The notes under the pieces were generated by a model. That model was not told the origin of the DNA. It worked only from the letters and a program-made list of their open reading frames with translations, and did not search any database. From Macrostomum lignano (lineage: Eukaryota): 64,000 bases of DNA. Below, piece after piece: positions 1-10,900 of this stretch. The first letter of the stretch is position 1. Each line of letters starts with the position of its first letter. The position numbers and the translations under genes are program-made. Location: NCBI GenBank assembly GCA_002269645.1, contig NIVC01001264.1, positions 186,001 to 250,000 of the forward strand, given 5' to 3'.

Positions 1-189
1 CTTTTTATGATAGGTCGGCTTGCCCTTTCTTGACTAGGCTAGTTCTATGTAGATGGTGCAGGTTTTCGAACCATTTCTTGCCTAAAATGGGTTCATCCTC
101 TGTCTAAGCTTGTTGAAGCTTCAGCTTTTAGTATTGAAGAGTGAAGATTGTTCAGAAAAAAGCAACAAAAAAACAAAAGCATCATAAAA

Positions 190-683
190 ACACTAAACAT
201 TTTGTTGTCACAGTCATTACTTATGGCTGCAAGGTATGGGGTCCACTGGCCAGGCAATCAAAAATTAAGGATCTGGATAATATTCAATTGAAATTCTATA
301 AGTCTCTCCTTAAATTCTTAATCTACCAGAGCATACATACAAGCAATAAAGTCATACTCAATGAACTCAACATTCTTCCTATTTCTGAAATCATTAAGAA
401 AAGGTACCTCCTTTTCTGGTTAAAACTTATTTAAAGCTAACTCTACTACCACTAGTCTCTTTAACAACAATGACAATCCAATTGATCCTTGGAAGAAAGC
501 CATCTCACAGCAACTTAAAGGCATTGATCTAATGCAAAAACTTCTACTGTTTAAATTGTATTGTCCATTATTGACAACTTTTGTTAACACTAAGTTATTC
601 ATATCTAATTAAATACACTCTATTAACATAACGGGCACTACTTGCCCAAGCCAATTAACTACTACTACTACTACTACTACTAC
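190..683 (+). mobile_element. Degenerate 3' fragment of a LINE (same family as the LINE at 30718-34264), ending in a stem-loop and (CTA)n tail
   Basis: Translation VITYGCKVWGPLA..DNIQLKFYK..WLK aligns with VITYGCELWGPLA..DNIQLKFYK..WLK in ORF 31122-33524; GGGC-loop-GCCC at 633-647, then AGCCAA and (CTA)n at 659-683. Confidence 0.8.
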
Positions 684-814
684 ATTAAGTCAAGCCAAGG
701 ACAAAAGCCGAAAAATCATAATGAACAAGAATTCCTTGGCTTTATAAATTCATTTTATCTGTGTCTTACCAGATGTATTCTGATTGAGGTTGTGCACATC
801 ATACCTCATTTCAG

Positions 815-2533
815 CTTCGAATCTGCAACGGCTCAGAGGAGCGCAAGAAGCTCCTTCCAGCTTCTGGCCTGACCTTGGCGGACCTTTGCATCAAAGGTTG
901 TTTAAAATTGGACATTGCAGATGTTGAAAATGTTCGCATTGTCACTTCTGACGGTTTCGAAATCGACGACGATGATTTAATATCGGAGGTGGCAAAGGAA
1001 TGTAGAACTGTGTACTTCCTTCTTTCTGGAGAGTTGCTTCCAAGCTGCGGTGCATGCCCTGTAGAACCTTCAACTACACCAAAGCAGCAAAGCGAAATAC
1101 GCAATGTCGAGATTGCCACAACACCGAGTCGAGGCACACAGGCTCTGAGTCCAAATCCAGCTGTAGCAGCTACGGCTGCAACTACACTTCCATGGCCCGA
1201 AGTGTACTCGCTTCCACGAATGGACGATCTCGCCAACGCCCTTCGTGATCTACGAATGCACCCCGAAAAGGGTTCCGATTTAAAAATGAATGCGACGTTT
1301 GTCAACAAGTTCCTTAAATTCATCGTCGATCACATCTGTTTGAACTATCTGTCGCCAAATGAACCATACCTGTCATCTAGCCAGATAACAGATGTGTGCA
1401 CTTCCATAGTAACTTCGTATCCTGGACTGAAGGACACCTCATTAAGTGGGAGCTCAAGCTTTTGGCGCCAAAAGCTTATTCGGCGTTTCAAAGAGCTCCG
1501 GTTCGTTGGCGACTTTGTCGACAAGAGCAGCCCAACGGTTCAGGAGATGCAACGGAAGCATGGTCGACTTGGTCATCGGCGTATAATTCTACCAAATGCT
1601 GCTGCAGCTGCTGCAGGCCCAAGTGCGGTTACTGTGAGCCAAAGGCATAAACGGCAGTACAAGGAAGTTGAAGGCCAGGAAGATGATGACGACAATGAAA
1701 TTATAGCTTCACGTGCTAAAAGAGCCAACAAGCAGCGTATCAACGACGACGAAGATCTGATCGAAGAAGAAGGCGATGATGATAGTGATGCAGACGATGC
1801 TGGCAGTGCAATGGCGAAGAGCGTTGACTTCGGCGAGTTCGATACCGATGTACCACCGTCACACGAAGCTCGTCGAACGAGATTGAACGAGACTCATCAT
1901 GACTCTTCAATATCAGACGTTCTCAACGAAATGCAGGCTCTGTTTCCGATTCGAATATTGCGGTGCCAAGATTTGACGGTTAGTGACGAAATTGCCTTAT
2001 ATGCGCCACTGGTAAACATCGCAGTACTGCAGCAGGAGGCGTATCTCATGATCCAGACATACAACAGAAGCAAAACTGACTATGTACTTCCACCAAGTCC
2101 ATCGGAAATGAGAAGCAGGATTATTAACGCCTTGTTGCTTGTGTACAGTAAAAGGCAGTTGCTAAAAAATTTCAATCTGTGCAAGGATTATGTGGAATTG
2201 CCAGTTGTTTCAGAGGAGGACAAGCTGCCTGTGGCTGTCTTTCTTCTTCTCGGTCGGTTGCGAGTCGACCCGTCTATTATTCTTCGCGACGCACTGCCAG
2301 TCAGAATTCTGACAGAGGATGGAAAATGGTGCGGCGTTTTCGTCAACGGTGCGAGCATCCCATTCGACAGTGTTACTGACTCGATAATTGCATTTGTAAT
2401 TGTCTTCATCGCGTTCAACCTCCAGCACCTCCCTGCCCTAGAGGCGTTTCTGGAGGTAATCGAAGTGCTGTCGGGCCTTCGCAAGAAAGCCGTCCGCAAG
2501 GCTGCAGTAGCTATTTTGGATGCACTTCGTTAG
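815..2533 (+). CDS. CACTA/EnSpm accessory ORF (SAMD3-like family) with an N-terminal CIDE-N/PB1-like domain; 5' exon missing or upstream
   Basis: Open frame extends upstream of the called TTG to the splice acceptor TTTCAG (AG 813-814): LRICNGSEERKKLLPASGLTLADLCIKGCLKL..VRIVTSDGFEIDDDDL; central IVTSYPGLKD..G..FWRQKL..RFKELR and C-terminal AFNLQHLPALEAFLEVIE motifs resemble the SAMD3-like transposon ORF family. Confidence 0.65.
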   Translation, partial: LRICNGSEERKKLLPASGLTLADLCIKGCLKLDIADVENVRIVTSDGFEIDDDDLISEVAKECRTVYFLLSGELLPSCGACPVEPSTTPKQQSEIRNVEIATTPSRGTQALSPNPAVAATAATTLPWPEVYSLPRMDDLANALRDLRMHPEKGSDLKMNATFVNKFLKFIVDHICLNYLSPNEPYLSSSQITDVCTSIVTSYPGLKDTSLSGSSSFWRQKLIRRFKELRFVGDFVDKSSPTVQEMQRKHGRLGHRRIILPNAAAAAAGPSAVTVSQRHKRQYKEVEGQEDDDDNEIIASRAKRANKQRINDDEDLIEEEGDDDSDADDAGSAMAKSVDFGEFDTDVPPSHEARRTRLNETHHDSSISDVLNEMQALFPIRILRCQDLTVSDEIALYAPLVNIAVLQQEAYLMIQTYNRSKTDYVLPPSPSEMRSRIINALLLVYSKRQLLKNFNLCKDYVELPVVSEEDKLPVAVFLLLGRLRVDPSIILRDALPVRILTEDGKWCGVFVNGASIPFDSVTDSIIAFVIVFIAFNLQHLPALEAFLEVIEVLSGLRKKAVRKAAVAILDALR

Positions 2534-3169
2534 ATGATTTTATAACGCCTAGACATGACTATTGTAATCATTTTCATTTTTATAATAATTATATTCATTT
2601 TCATGTTAGTACGATTGAATATGACTGTGAATTAATCGTAATCACAAGCCTAATCACAATCACAATATTTATTTTCATATTCACAATCATAATCATAGAG
2701 TGTTATCTGTCATCAGAGGGTCACGGCGATGTTGGCTGCTTATTTATTGCCCTGTGTATTTAGTTTGTGCTTTTTAGTCTGTATATTCAACTTCACTCTT
2801 TGAGTGACCAAAGCAAACACTTATTCGCAATGTGTAATGTGCAACAAATAATTACTAAATATTATTATTACCACTGTTTTTGTACTACAACAATAAATAT
2901 TTTAGGATCAATCTTTATATACCATAAAAAATACTTTAAATTGGTTAACATCCTTCATAAACATGCAATTGTTGATTACGAATGCTTCACTTCTTACTTT
3001 TCTTAAATTGAGCAATGACTGACAACATTGTATGCCTCACATAATGTAATTGGGAACAATTTTACAGGTAAGGAAATTCATAAAATTCATACCTATAATA
3101 GTGGGTATTTTGTGTCTTGCAGATCAAGTGAATACATTTTGGGGTGTAATCGTTTTTATATTTTGGACC

Positions 3170-3360
3170 CATAATGCGGACATCTGAAAAATATGGACTT
3201 TGCAATAGGGACCTTTCAAAATACGGACCTTTCAAAATACGGACCTTGCAATACGGACTTTACAATACGGACCCATCAAAATACGGACCTTTCATGGTCC
3301 GTTATTTCGACGCTCCGGACCCTCCACAATGGACCTTTCCCGGACCCTTCTTCGGACCTT
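3170..3360. repeat. Subterminal repeat cluster (AATACGGACCT-like, roughly 8-10 copies) of the CACTA element
   Basis: Repeated atacggacct/ggaccttt motifs directly inside the CACTG terminus. Confidence 0.8.
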
Positions 3361-3374
3361 TAGGAATTACAGTG

Positions 3375-4204
3375 TAGAGCATGACTGTGGGTCAGATAGA
3401 GAACCTAGAGCATGACTGTGGGTCAGATAGAGAACCTAGAGCACAACTGTGGGCCAGATAGAGAACCTAGAGCATGACTGTGGGTCAGATAGAGAACCTA
3501 GAGCACGACTGTAGGCCAGATAGAGAACCTAGAGCATGACTGTGGGTCAGATAGAGAACCTAGAGCACAACTGTGGGCCAGATAGAGAACCTAGAGCATG
3601 ACTGTGGGTCAGATAGAGAACCTAGAGCATGACTGTAGGCCAGATAGAGAACCTAGAGCATGACTGTGGGTCAGATAGAGAACCTAGAGCATGACTGTGG
3701 GCCAGATAGAGAACCTAGAGCATGACTGTGGGTCAGATAGAGAACCTAGAGCATGACTGTGGGTCAGATAGAGAACCTAGAGCACAACTGTGGGCCAGAT
3801 AGAGAACCTAGAGCATGACTGTGGGTCAGATAAAGAACCTAGAGCATGACAATGGGTCAGATAGAGAACCTAGAGCATGACTGTGGGCCAGATAGAGAAC
3901 CTAGAGCACGACTGTGGGTCAGATAGAGAACCTAGAGCATGACTGTGGGTCAGATAGAGAACCTAGAGCACGACTGTAGGCTAGATAGAGAACCTAGAGC
4001 ATGACTGTGGGTCAGATAGAGAACCTAGAGCATGACTGTGGGTCAGATAGAGAACCTAGAGCATGACTGTGGGTCAGATAGAGAACCTAGAGCACAACTG
4101 TGGGCCAGATAGAGAACCTAGAGCATGACTGTGGGTCAGATAGAGAACCTAGAGCATGATTGTGGGTCAGATAGAGAACCTAGAGCATGACTTGTGGGCC
4201 AGAT
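3375..4204. repeat. 31-bp tandem satellite (TAGAGCATGACTGTGGGTCAGATAGAGAACC), ~27 copies
   Basis: Unit starts at 3375, 3406, ... with a 31-bp period; only point variants and no unique spacers. Confidence 0.97.
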
Positions 4205-4967
4205 GAGGGGAGAGAGGAGACAGAATTTAGAAAAAAGGAAGAAATGAGGAAAGGTGAGAAAATAAAGAAAAGGAGACAAGAGATAAGAAGAGCACTGAGA
4301 AGAGATATAGACATTGAGTAGGCCAGATTGCTGTTATAAAGTTTCAAAGGACCCAAGGGCCAGATACATAGTTGCCACAGGAAAATAAAAGAATATTAGC
4401 GCAGCAGAAAAGATTTAGCGCAGCGTAAAATATTTAGTTTTAAAGTTATGTAATCATTAAAAAGCAACCACGGATTAATAAATAATAAGTCAAGTCTTAG
4501 GAAACCGAAAAGCTACATTAACCTGTTTATTTGAGTAACGAAATGATAATAAAAAACTTATTTCAGTTACTGACAATTGGATTGGATTACACTTGCACAG
4601 CAAGTACACATACATGTACATATAGCTCGAACACATACTCCTACACAAGTATGTGAATAACTATTTTCGAGTAGCTCCTAGACGAGAAAAAGCCTAGACG
4701 ATATTTGATAACTTTAGGGAAAGGCTTGACTTACTAAAGGTAGTTTTAAAATCGTACGAATTTCTTACTTTATTATGTTCTTAACAATTATTAGTTACAT
4801 TTTTTCTTCTATTGGTTCCGGAATCGCTTTGTAAAAAGCATCTGTCACTATAGTCGATTGATTTCGATTTTAAACTCATTTTTTTATTTTGAAATCAAAC
4901 TAAGTTCTAACTCTCCGTCAGCTCAGTTAACATAAAAGTCAAACTAGCAAAAATTTCAATGTTCACT

Positions 4968-6302
4968 TCACTTGTTAGAGGGTCCGGCGGCAGTAGCACC
5001 TTCGATTCGCGCAATTTTGTTACCGCCCCTAGGCTGACTGGACACGCTCTGTCGCTTAAGCCGTTTTCGGAATGCAGCTTCCGCCTTCGATGCAGCTGCC
5101 AGCATTTCTTGCGCCTTCCTTCGCATCTCGTCAACAGTCTGCTGCTGCGTCACTAAATCCTCCTCCTGCTGCTGCTGTTCCTCTTGAGCCTTCTTCGCTG
5201 CAGCTTCAATCGCGCGCTGTTCCTCCATCTTCTTCTGCAGTCTCTTCATCGCCTGCTGCCGCTGTTCTAATCGAGCGCGATCAGCCGCTTTACTTCGGGC
5301 TTCAAAGCCAATGGCAATTAGGCTTGGTTCAATTGTGACTGTATGTGCAGTGGCCAAATTTGCCTTCAGCCAGGTCTTGATAGTGAGCAGAGAGTTGAGC
5401 GTAAACTCGGAAAGCTTGTTCCGCTGCTTCGTTAAGTCGTTGGCCAACCACTTTAAAAACCGTTCGCTGTCCGCGTTGCCATGCGGAATGCAGCATGCAC
5501 TGCGCCCTAGCTTTGATAGCAGCGGGTAAGTCGCAGTGGGCAGGCATGACCAGAACTTCTCAGGATTCGACTTTTCGAGCTCCGAGTTTGAGACACGCAA
5601 CCTGGTGACTTCGAGACGCAGCTCATCAAGCTCATCAACTGCGATGACGGTGCTCATCGTTTTGGCGACCCTTAACACGGTTCTGTCGAAGTTGAAGTCC
5701 TCTCCGAGTAGATAGTTAGGGTCGACAAAGCGAAGAGCTCGGAGGATCTTGTTCTGCAGTGGCAGATATGAAAAAAGCCTCTGCACTAACTCACAATAGA
5801 AATCGCGAACGCTCTTGTAGAATCCAATGCGATCAATTGGCGACAGTCTGTCGACAGTCTCACGGGTCTTGCCACCAATCACCAGACTTGCATTGTTCAA
5901 CTGATTGGAGCGTTCCTTGGCACGATCGGCGAGGTCTGACAGAGAGTTGGTCTCATTAACAACGTCTTCTCGGACAAAGCACGTCAGGATGCAGCCGCAG
6001 AGATCGTCCAGTGACGATGAAAGAAGGTGGACCTGAGTAGACTCATTTTGAAATAGCTTCTCAATCTTCTCGCACCTGGGCAAAGCTTGTTCGAGAAACT
6101 GGAGGCGTGCTAGAGCTTTGTCGGTCAAGGCCTCCCTGATGCGGCGAGCTCGGTCATTCTGAATGTTCTGCTGGTTTGAGAAGAACTGCTGCAGCGCAGG
6201 CCACTGCTCGAGAATACGACGCACCACTATTAGCACCTGGAGCCAACGGGTCTCCACTCGGCGGATAAATGCATGCTCAGTCAGATTCAGTGCTGTCTGA
6301 AT
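4968..6302 (-). CDS. hAT transposase exon 3 (RW motif, hATC dimerisation domain with catalytic Glu, coiled-coil tail)
   Basis: Acceptor TTTTAG 6304-6303; IQTALNLTEHAFIRRVETRWL; FWS..YPLLSKL..IPHGNADSER; spliced product ~770 aa with no internal stop. Confidence 0.9.
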   Translation of the reverse strand: MQTALNLTEHAFIRRVETRWLQVLIVVRRILEQWPALQQFFSNQQNIQNDRARRIREALTDKALARLQFLEQALPRCEKIEKLFQNESTQVHLLSSSLDDLCGCILTCFVREDVVNETNSLSDLADRAKERSNQLNNASLVIGGKTRETVDRLSPIDRIGFYKSVRDFYCELVQRLFSYLPLQNKILRALRFVDPNYLLGEDFNFDRTVLRVAKTMSTVIAVDELDELRLEVTRLRVSNSELEKSNPEKFWSCLPTATYPLLSKLGRSACCIPHGNADSERFLKWLANDLTKQRNKLSEFTLNSLLTIKTWLKANLATAHTVTIEPSLIAIGFEARSKAADRARLEQRQQAMKRLQKKMEEQRAIEAAAKKAQEEQQQQEEDLVTQQQTVDEMRRKAQEMLAAASKAEAAFRKRLKRQSVSSQPRGGNKIARIEGATAAGPSNK

Positions 6303-6637
6303 CTAAAATGCAACAGTGGGTGGCAGAGCAATATGAGCGGTACTGTTTAGAATAATATGGAGAGAACTAGAAGCATTTATTCATAGAGTTCAGGGGCAAC
6401 AAACTGATGATATCACTATCAGCGATAGTAATAGGTAAAAGAACATGTGCATTTTGCTATAATTTGCTCATTTGCTTTATGGTGTACTTACTATGATCTT
6501 TTTATTATCTCAATAAATTATGCCCGACAGAAGTTCAGTTAAGTTGGATAAAAGTATCACAAAGACAGAATATATGTATTTGTAATTGTTCTTATTCTTA
6601 AAACCAGAAATAAACTTTGTTCGCACAAGAGGCATAC

Positions 6638-6837
6638 CTGATGGAAGGCTTTGCGTCGACTTTTGAACCGAAAATTGTTATAAACATCATCCAGGAGTCC
6701 TTCTGTGTCTCCAGAAGTGTCCAAAGCCTTTACCGCATATTGGACAGCGTTGTGCACGTGGTGTAGGCTACACCCGCCAACATCGATTAGGTGCGGTAGC
6801 TCCTCCTTCAGTTTAGCAAGCAGGCCATTGTTTTGAC
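6638..6837 (-). CDS. hAT transposase exon 2 (CxxH motif)
   Basis: Acceptor AG 6839-6838; reads GQNNGLLAKLKEELPHLIDVGGCSLHHVHNAV..FHQ; donor GTATGC at 6637; 200 nt, with phases matching both neighbours. Confidence 0.9.
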
Positions 6838-7197
6838 CTTCGGAATGTTAGGATAAATAGTTTTATTCATTAAACATTCCATAAAAACTTACAAAGTCAT
6901 CATGTCATTCACATGTTGTAATAAGGTTGTGAAAAAAAACTGCTAACTGTTAGATTACTGTATCACGTACGTTACTACTTACTAGTATACTATTTCTATA
7001 ATATAAGACAGTTGCTACTACTCGCACGAGCGTAGTAATAGCAAATGTACATGTAGAGACATAGTAGAGACAGTAGTAGAGACATGTAAATAGTAGTGCA
7101 TGTAGCAGTCACAAACTTTCATTATAAGTACATACTTATTATTATAGGTAATTAGGACATTCATATAAAAGAACAAGCTAGTTCTGCAATTGCTCAC

Positions 7198-7972
7198 CTC
7201 GCATTGCATTGCATGAGTCAGTCATCACCGAGAGAACATGCTTAACAGGTATATTCCCTTCACGAAGTAGTTCCTTAACAACTGTCTTCATTCCTTCAGC
7301 AGTGCTGTCCGTCAGCTCTTTGATGCCAATCATTACAATTGGGACATTTTGGTGCTCAGTGGAGAATACTCTTGCAAGTACTGCCAGGTAGGAGCGATCA
7401 CGTTTAGTGCCCTCATCCAGCATAATGGAGAAATGCGACTTGCGGAGAAGGTCAAACATTTGCTCCTTTGCGAATGGTGCCAATGCCTCGTTAACAAGAT
7501 AGGTCGTTTTAGTTCTGCAGCAGGCAAATTGCTGAGCGATAGCACTGTCCGGAAATGCAACCGGAAGCAGCGATGTAAACTGGTCCATTAGGTTAAATGA
7601 CAGATCCTTTTGGGCCACCAGTAATGAAAAACGCAAATTGGCCGCCATTGCTTGCTCGCTGATAGTAGTCGAACTCACAGCTTGCTTTGCTGGATCGTCG
7701 TTCATAACCGAGAAGAAACTTGTCATGGTCTTTTGTTGACCAATAGCAGATATTTGAATTTTGTGGTTTTGTCCATCAGCGTGCTGACGAATCGCGCTGA
7801 TTCCATGCTGCATTATTGAGAATGACCTGGAGCAGGCCCTGCAATAGGCCTTGCCTTCAATTCTGTCTTGTTGACACCACTTAGAGATTAGAACGCCAGA
7901 GTTGTCTTTTTCTTGTAGCCAATCGTTGTCCCATTTTGTGCCTCGTTGACTTGGCTTTGTTTTAAGAGGCAT
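7198..7972 (-). CDS. hAT transposase exon 1 (BED-like zinc finger, first two catalytic Asp)
   Basis: ATG at 7972 (MPLKTK); AYCRAC..SAIRQH..NH zinc finger; FSIMLDEGT and VMTDSCNAMRG motifs; donor G|GTGAG at 7197, phase 1. Confidence 0.9.
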
Positions 7973-10900
7973 TATGCTTGTCCTTGATACAAGAACTCTA
8001 TGTCTGGACTCAGACACTTTCTTGTTTATTTAGTTTAAGTTCGATAACATGTTTTGATTTTAAAGTGGAATAAAAAGCAGACCCATGGGGGTGAGTGGGA
8101 TTGACTATTTGCTAAGCCAATAGGAATTGGCCATTTTGGGCGGGGGGTGTAGGGCTTGAAACTTGGGGTATCCGATCAGGGCCCCAATCAGCAACACCCC
8201 ACCAGACTAAGGGATGGGTAAGGCCAAGTGGCAAGCCCCGACTGACTGCATCTTTTTAGTTCTTTCTACACAATTCTAAAGAAAGAAAAGAGTGTGCTTT
8301 GACTTAGACTTAGAGAAAGGGAAACAATGTTGACTTAGTGTAACTATAAAACTCATTTAGCGCAGAATTGAAAGCATTTCAAAGATAATAGCGCAGTAGC
8401 GCAGCTGAAACAAAATAGCGCAGTAGCGCTAAAATAGCGCAGGTGTGGCAACTATGGCCAGATAGAAAGGCTTTGCCAACCAACCTCCAGTCTAAAGCAT
8501 TAGCTTAGCAAAAGACTAATTTAAATTTGGTATTGGTATAGTTATTATAGTATTTTGTTTACTTTTAGGAGCTCTAGAATGTTATTTTAAATAACAATAA
8601 AGTAACTAAAAAAATTAAATAATTAAATAAACTTGAAATTTTTAGTATAAACAGGCATATATTTAGGAAAAAGCTACTTTAATTAGTTTGTCAATGAACT
8701 TCTTCTTTTATGTTATACAATGCTTAAACCATGTATTGAAGGCACCAATAAGATTTAAAATATTTTTCTAGTTTTTACTCTATTACAATAAATTTCATTT
8801 GCTTGAGTAAACAAAATACTTTACTTTTGAAAATTGGTCAGTAATAAAAACTTAAGGAACTTTAACTAGTTTAAAAAGTTTAATAAAGTTATCTATTTCA
8901 TAGTTTAGCAAGTTGAAAAGAAAAAATATTAAAATAGGGTGGAGATAAAAAGAAAGTAAAAAAGATAAAGACAAAAGGTAAAAAAGGAGAAAAAATAAGG
9001 TTAAAGAACTTTTTATATTTAATTCAAGTTTTCAATACCTACATAACATATTTTTCCCAGTATATTTTAATTGTAGCTTAAAAGTTAGTTGGCTTATTTT
9101 TTATTTAAATTTTTAATAGTAACCTTATTTCGATGCCCAATGTTACTTAAGGTGCTTTTTCTATCATCTATCATCTAGATCTAGAATAAATAGAATAAAT
9201 CTCATCTAGAATAAATCAAAATATAACTAGAATAACCATGTTTATTCTTTGCAAAAATAGCTAAAATATGACAAAGGAAAGAAAAAGTATATTTTCTTTC
9301 TAATTTATGTTATATTCTATAGTTGTTTTGCAAAGTTATGAATTAGCAAAAAAACAATATTTTATTTAAATTTGCTTTTTGCATGCATTTTGGTCTCGGG
9401 TCTTAATAATATATCAAAATTGGATTTTGCTTTTGATGTTTCAAATTTTGAACCTAATTTTGCATTGAAACTAATTCAATTTTAATTTTGAATCATTATA
9501 CTAATTATTAAAAATCATTTCAAAACCTTGGTTATGTTTTAACAATAAGGCATTCACAACCATGTAATTCAAGTAAAAAAAATAGAAATTAACCCTATTG
9601 TAATAAATGTTAAAAACCCGCAGATGCGCACTTTAGAAGAGTCAAACTATTTTACTGCACTTTAGGATTATTAGAGATTTTCTGAAAGATCTGCAGTTTT
9701 GTTGAAATCAAAATTTGCTAACTTTCCAAAATCAAAATTGAAATTTCCCAAAATCATATTAAAAAAAACAAAGTTTAGTATGATCAACACTCACTTTTTT
9801 ACTTTCAATTTACTGCTTAAGCAAAAGGTAATACATGTATATGTAGTAGAAAGTAGTTTATTTTTAGCAACTTTTTAGACACTACCAAAATTTTCACTTC
9901 TAAATTTTTTTCAAAATTGAAATTTGCTCTAAAAAATTTAAAATTTTAGAAAATTGAAATTGAATTTTGGTAACATCTCTAAGCTTAATAAATTATGAGT
10001 GTATAAGCCCTTTCAACAGAGGTATTATACCCATTTCCATGTATATGTATTTGCTAGAGCAGCAGCCAATAAGAAAGGGCAACGCGCAGGCAGGCGCTGC
10101 ACCTGTGCGCGCACTGCGCTTTAGAAAAATTTCAAAAGTGCGCCGGACACCGTCTACAGTTTTACAACTTTTTCCTATAGGGGAAATTAAAAATAAGTAG
10201 GGTTCAGCAACTTAGCAAGATGTTAAAAATCATCTTTTCTATAAGAAAAGATAATGTGGGATATGCACATTATTCAAGGCCTTGTGTTATACCCATCTCA
10301 ACCTCTATAGAAGCCTATTGGCTGAACTCATTGGCTTAGATTTTAATTGGCTAAAGTTTAAGCCTTAATGAAATTGAACAAAATTGATATATCTATTATC
10401 TAGACTCTAGTTAAAATAGCAGTAAAATATAATAGTTTCTATTCTAAGTATCTTCTATATATAAAGCTGTGTGGATTGGCAGGTTTAACACGTATCTCTT
10501 CCTAGATGGCTGGCAACTCAAATGTGGGACTTATAGAATGAAAATTCATGATTTTTCAATTTTACACTAACATAAAATTAAAAAAATTATGCTAAGTACA
10601 TGCTAAGTATGGTAAGATCTCATCAACTGAATACAAAAACATTTTGCAGCATTCTTTCATATAATATAGGCCTAGGCTATAACAAAAAAATTTTATATAT
10701 ATAGCCCTAATGAATAAAATAAAATTGCCCTGAAGTTGTTCAAAACATTTTTTAAATGATGTAACTTTTATAGACTCTTAAAATATACTCCCCATGAGAC
10801 AATAAAAACAAAAGTCATTTATTGCATGTTTGGTTTTGAAGAACCCTGTTTGATTGATGAGATTGTATTCTAATAACTCAAAATTTAACTAGGCCTAGTC

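Larger units (their letters stand above)
684..3374 (+). mobile_element. Right part of a CMC-EnSpm (CACTA/CACTG) DNA transposon; left end and transposase not in the window
   Basis: Terminal ...TTACAGTG at 3367-3374 (reverse complement CACTGTAA), preceded by a subterminal cluster of (AAATA)CGGACCT repeats; contains the accessory ORF. Confidence 0.65.
4367..8456 (-). mobile_element. Full-length hAT DNA transposon (4090 bp)
   Basis: Perfect 13-bp TIR CATAGTTGCCACA (4367-4379) / TGTGGCAACTATG (8444-8456); perfect 8-bp TSD GCCAGATA (4359-4366, 8457-8464); subterminal TAGCGCAG repeats at both ends; internal transposase. Confidence 0.95.

Noticed and set aside
3375-4204. CRISPR array (31-bp repeats); same idea for the 26-bp array at 28348 and the 55-bp array at 39431
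   Set aside because: Units are head-to-tail with no unique spacers, there are no cas genes, and the context is eukaryotic
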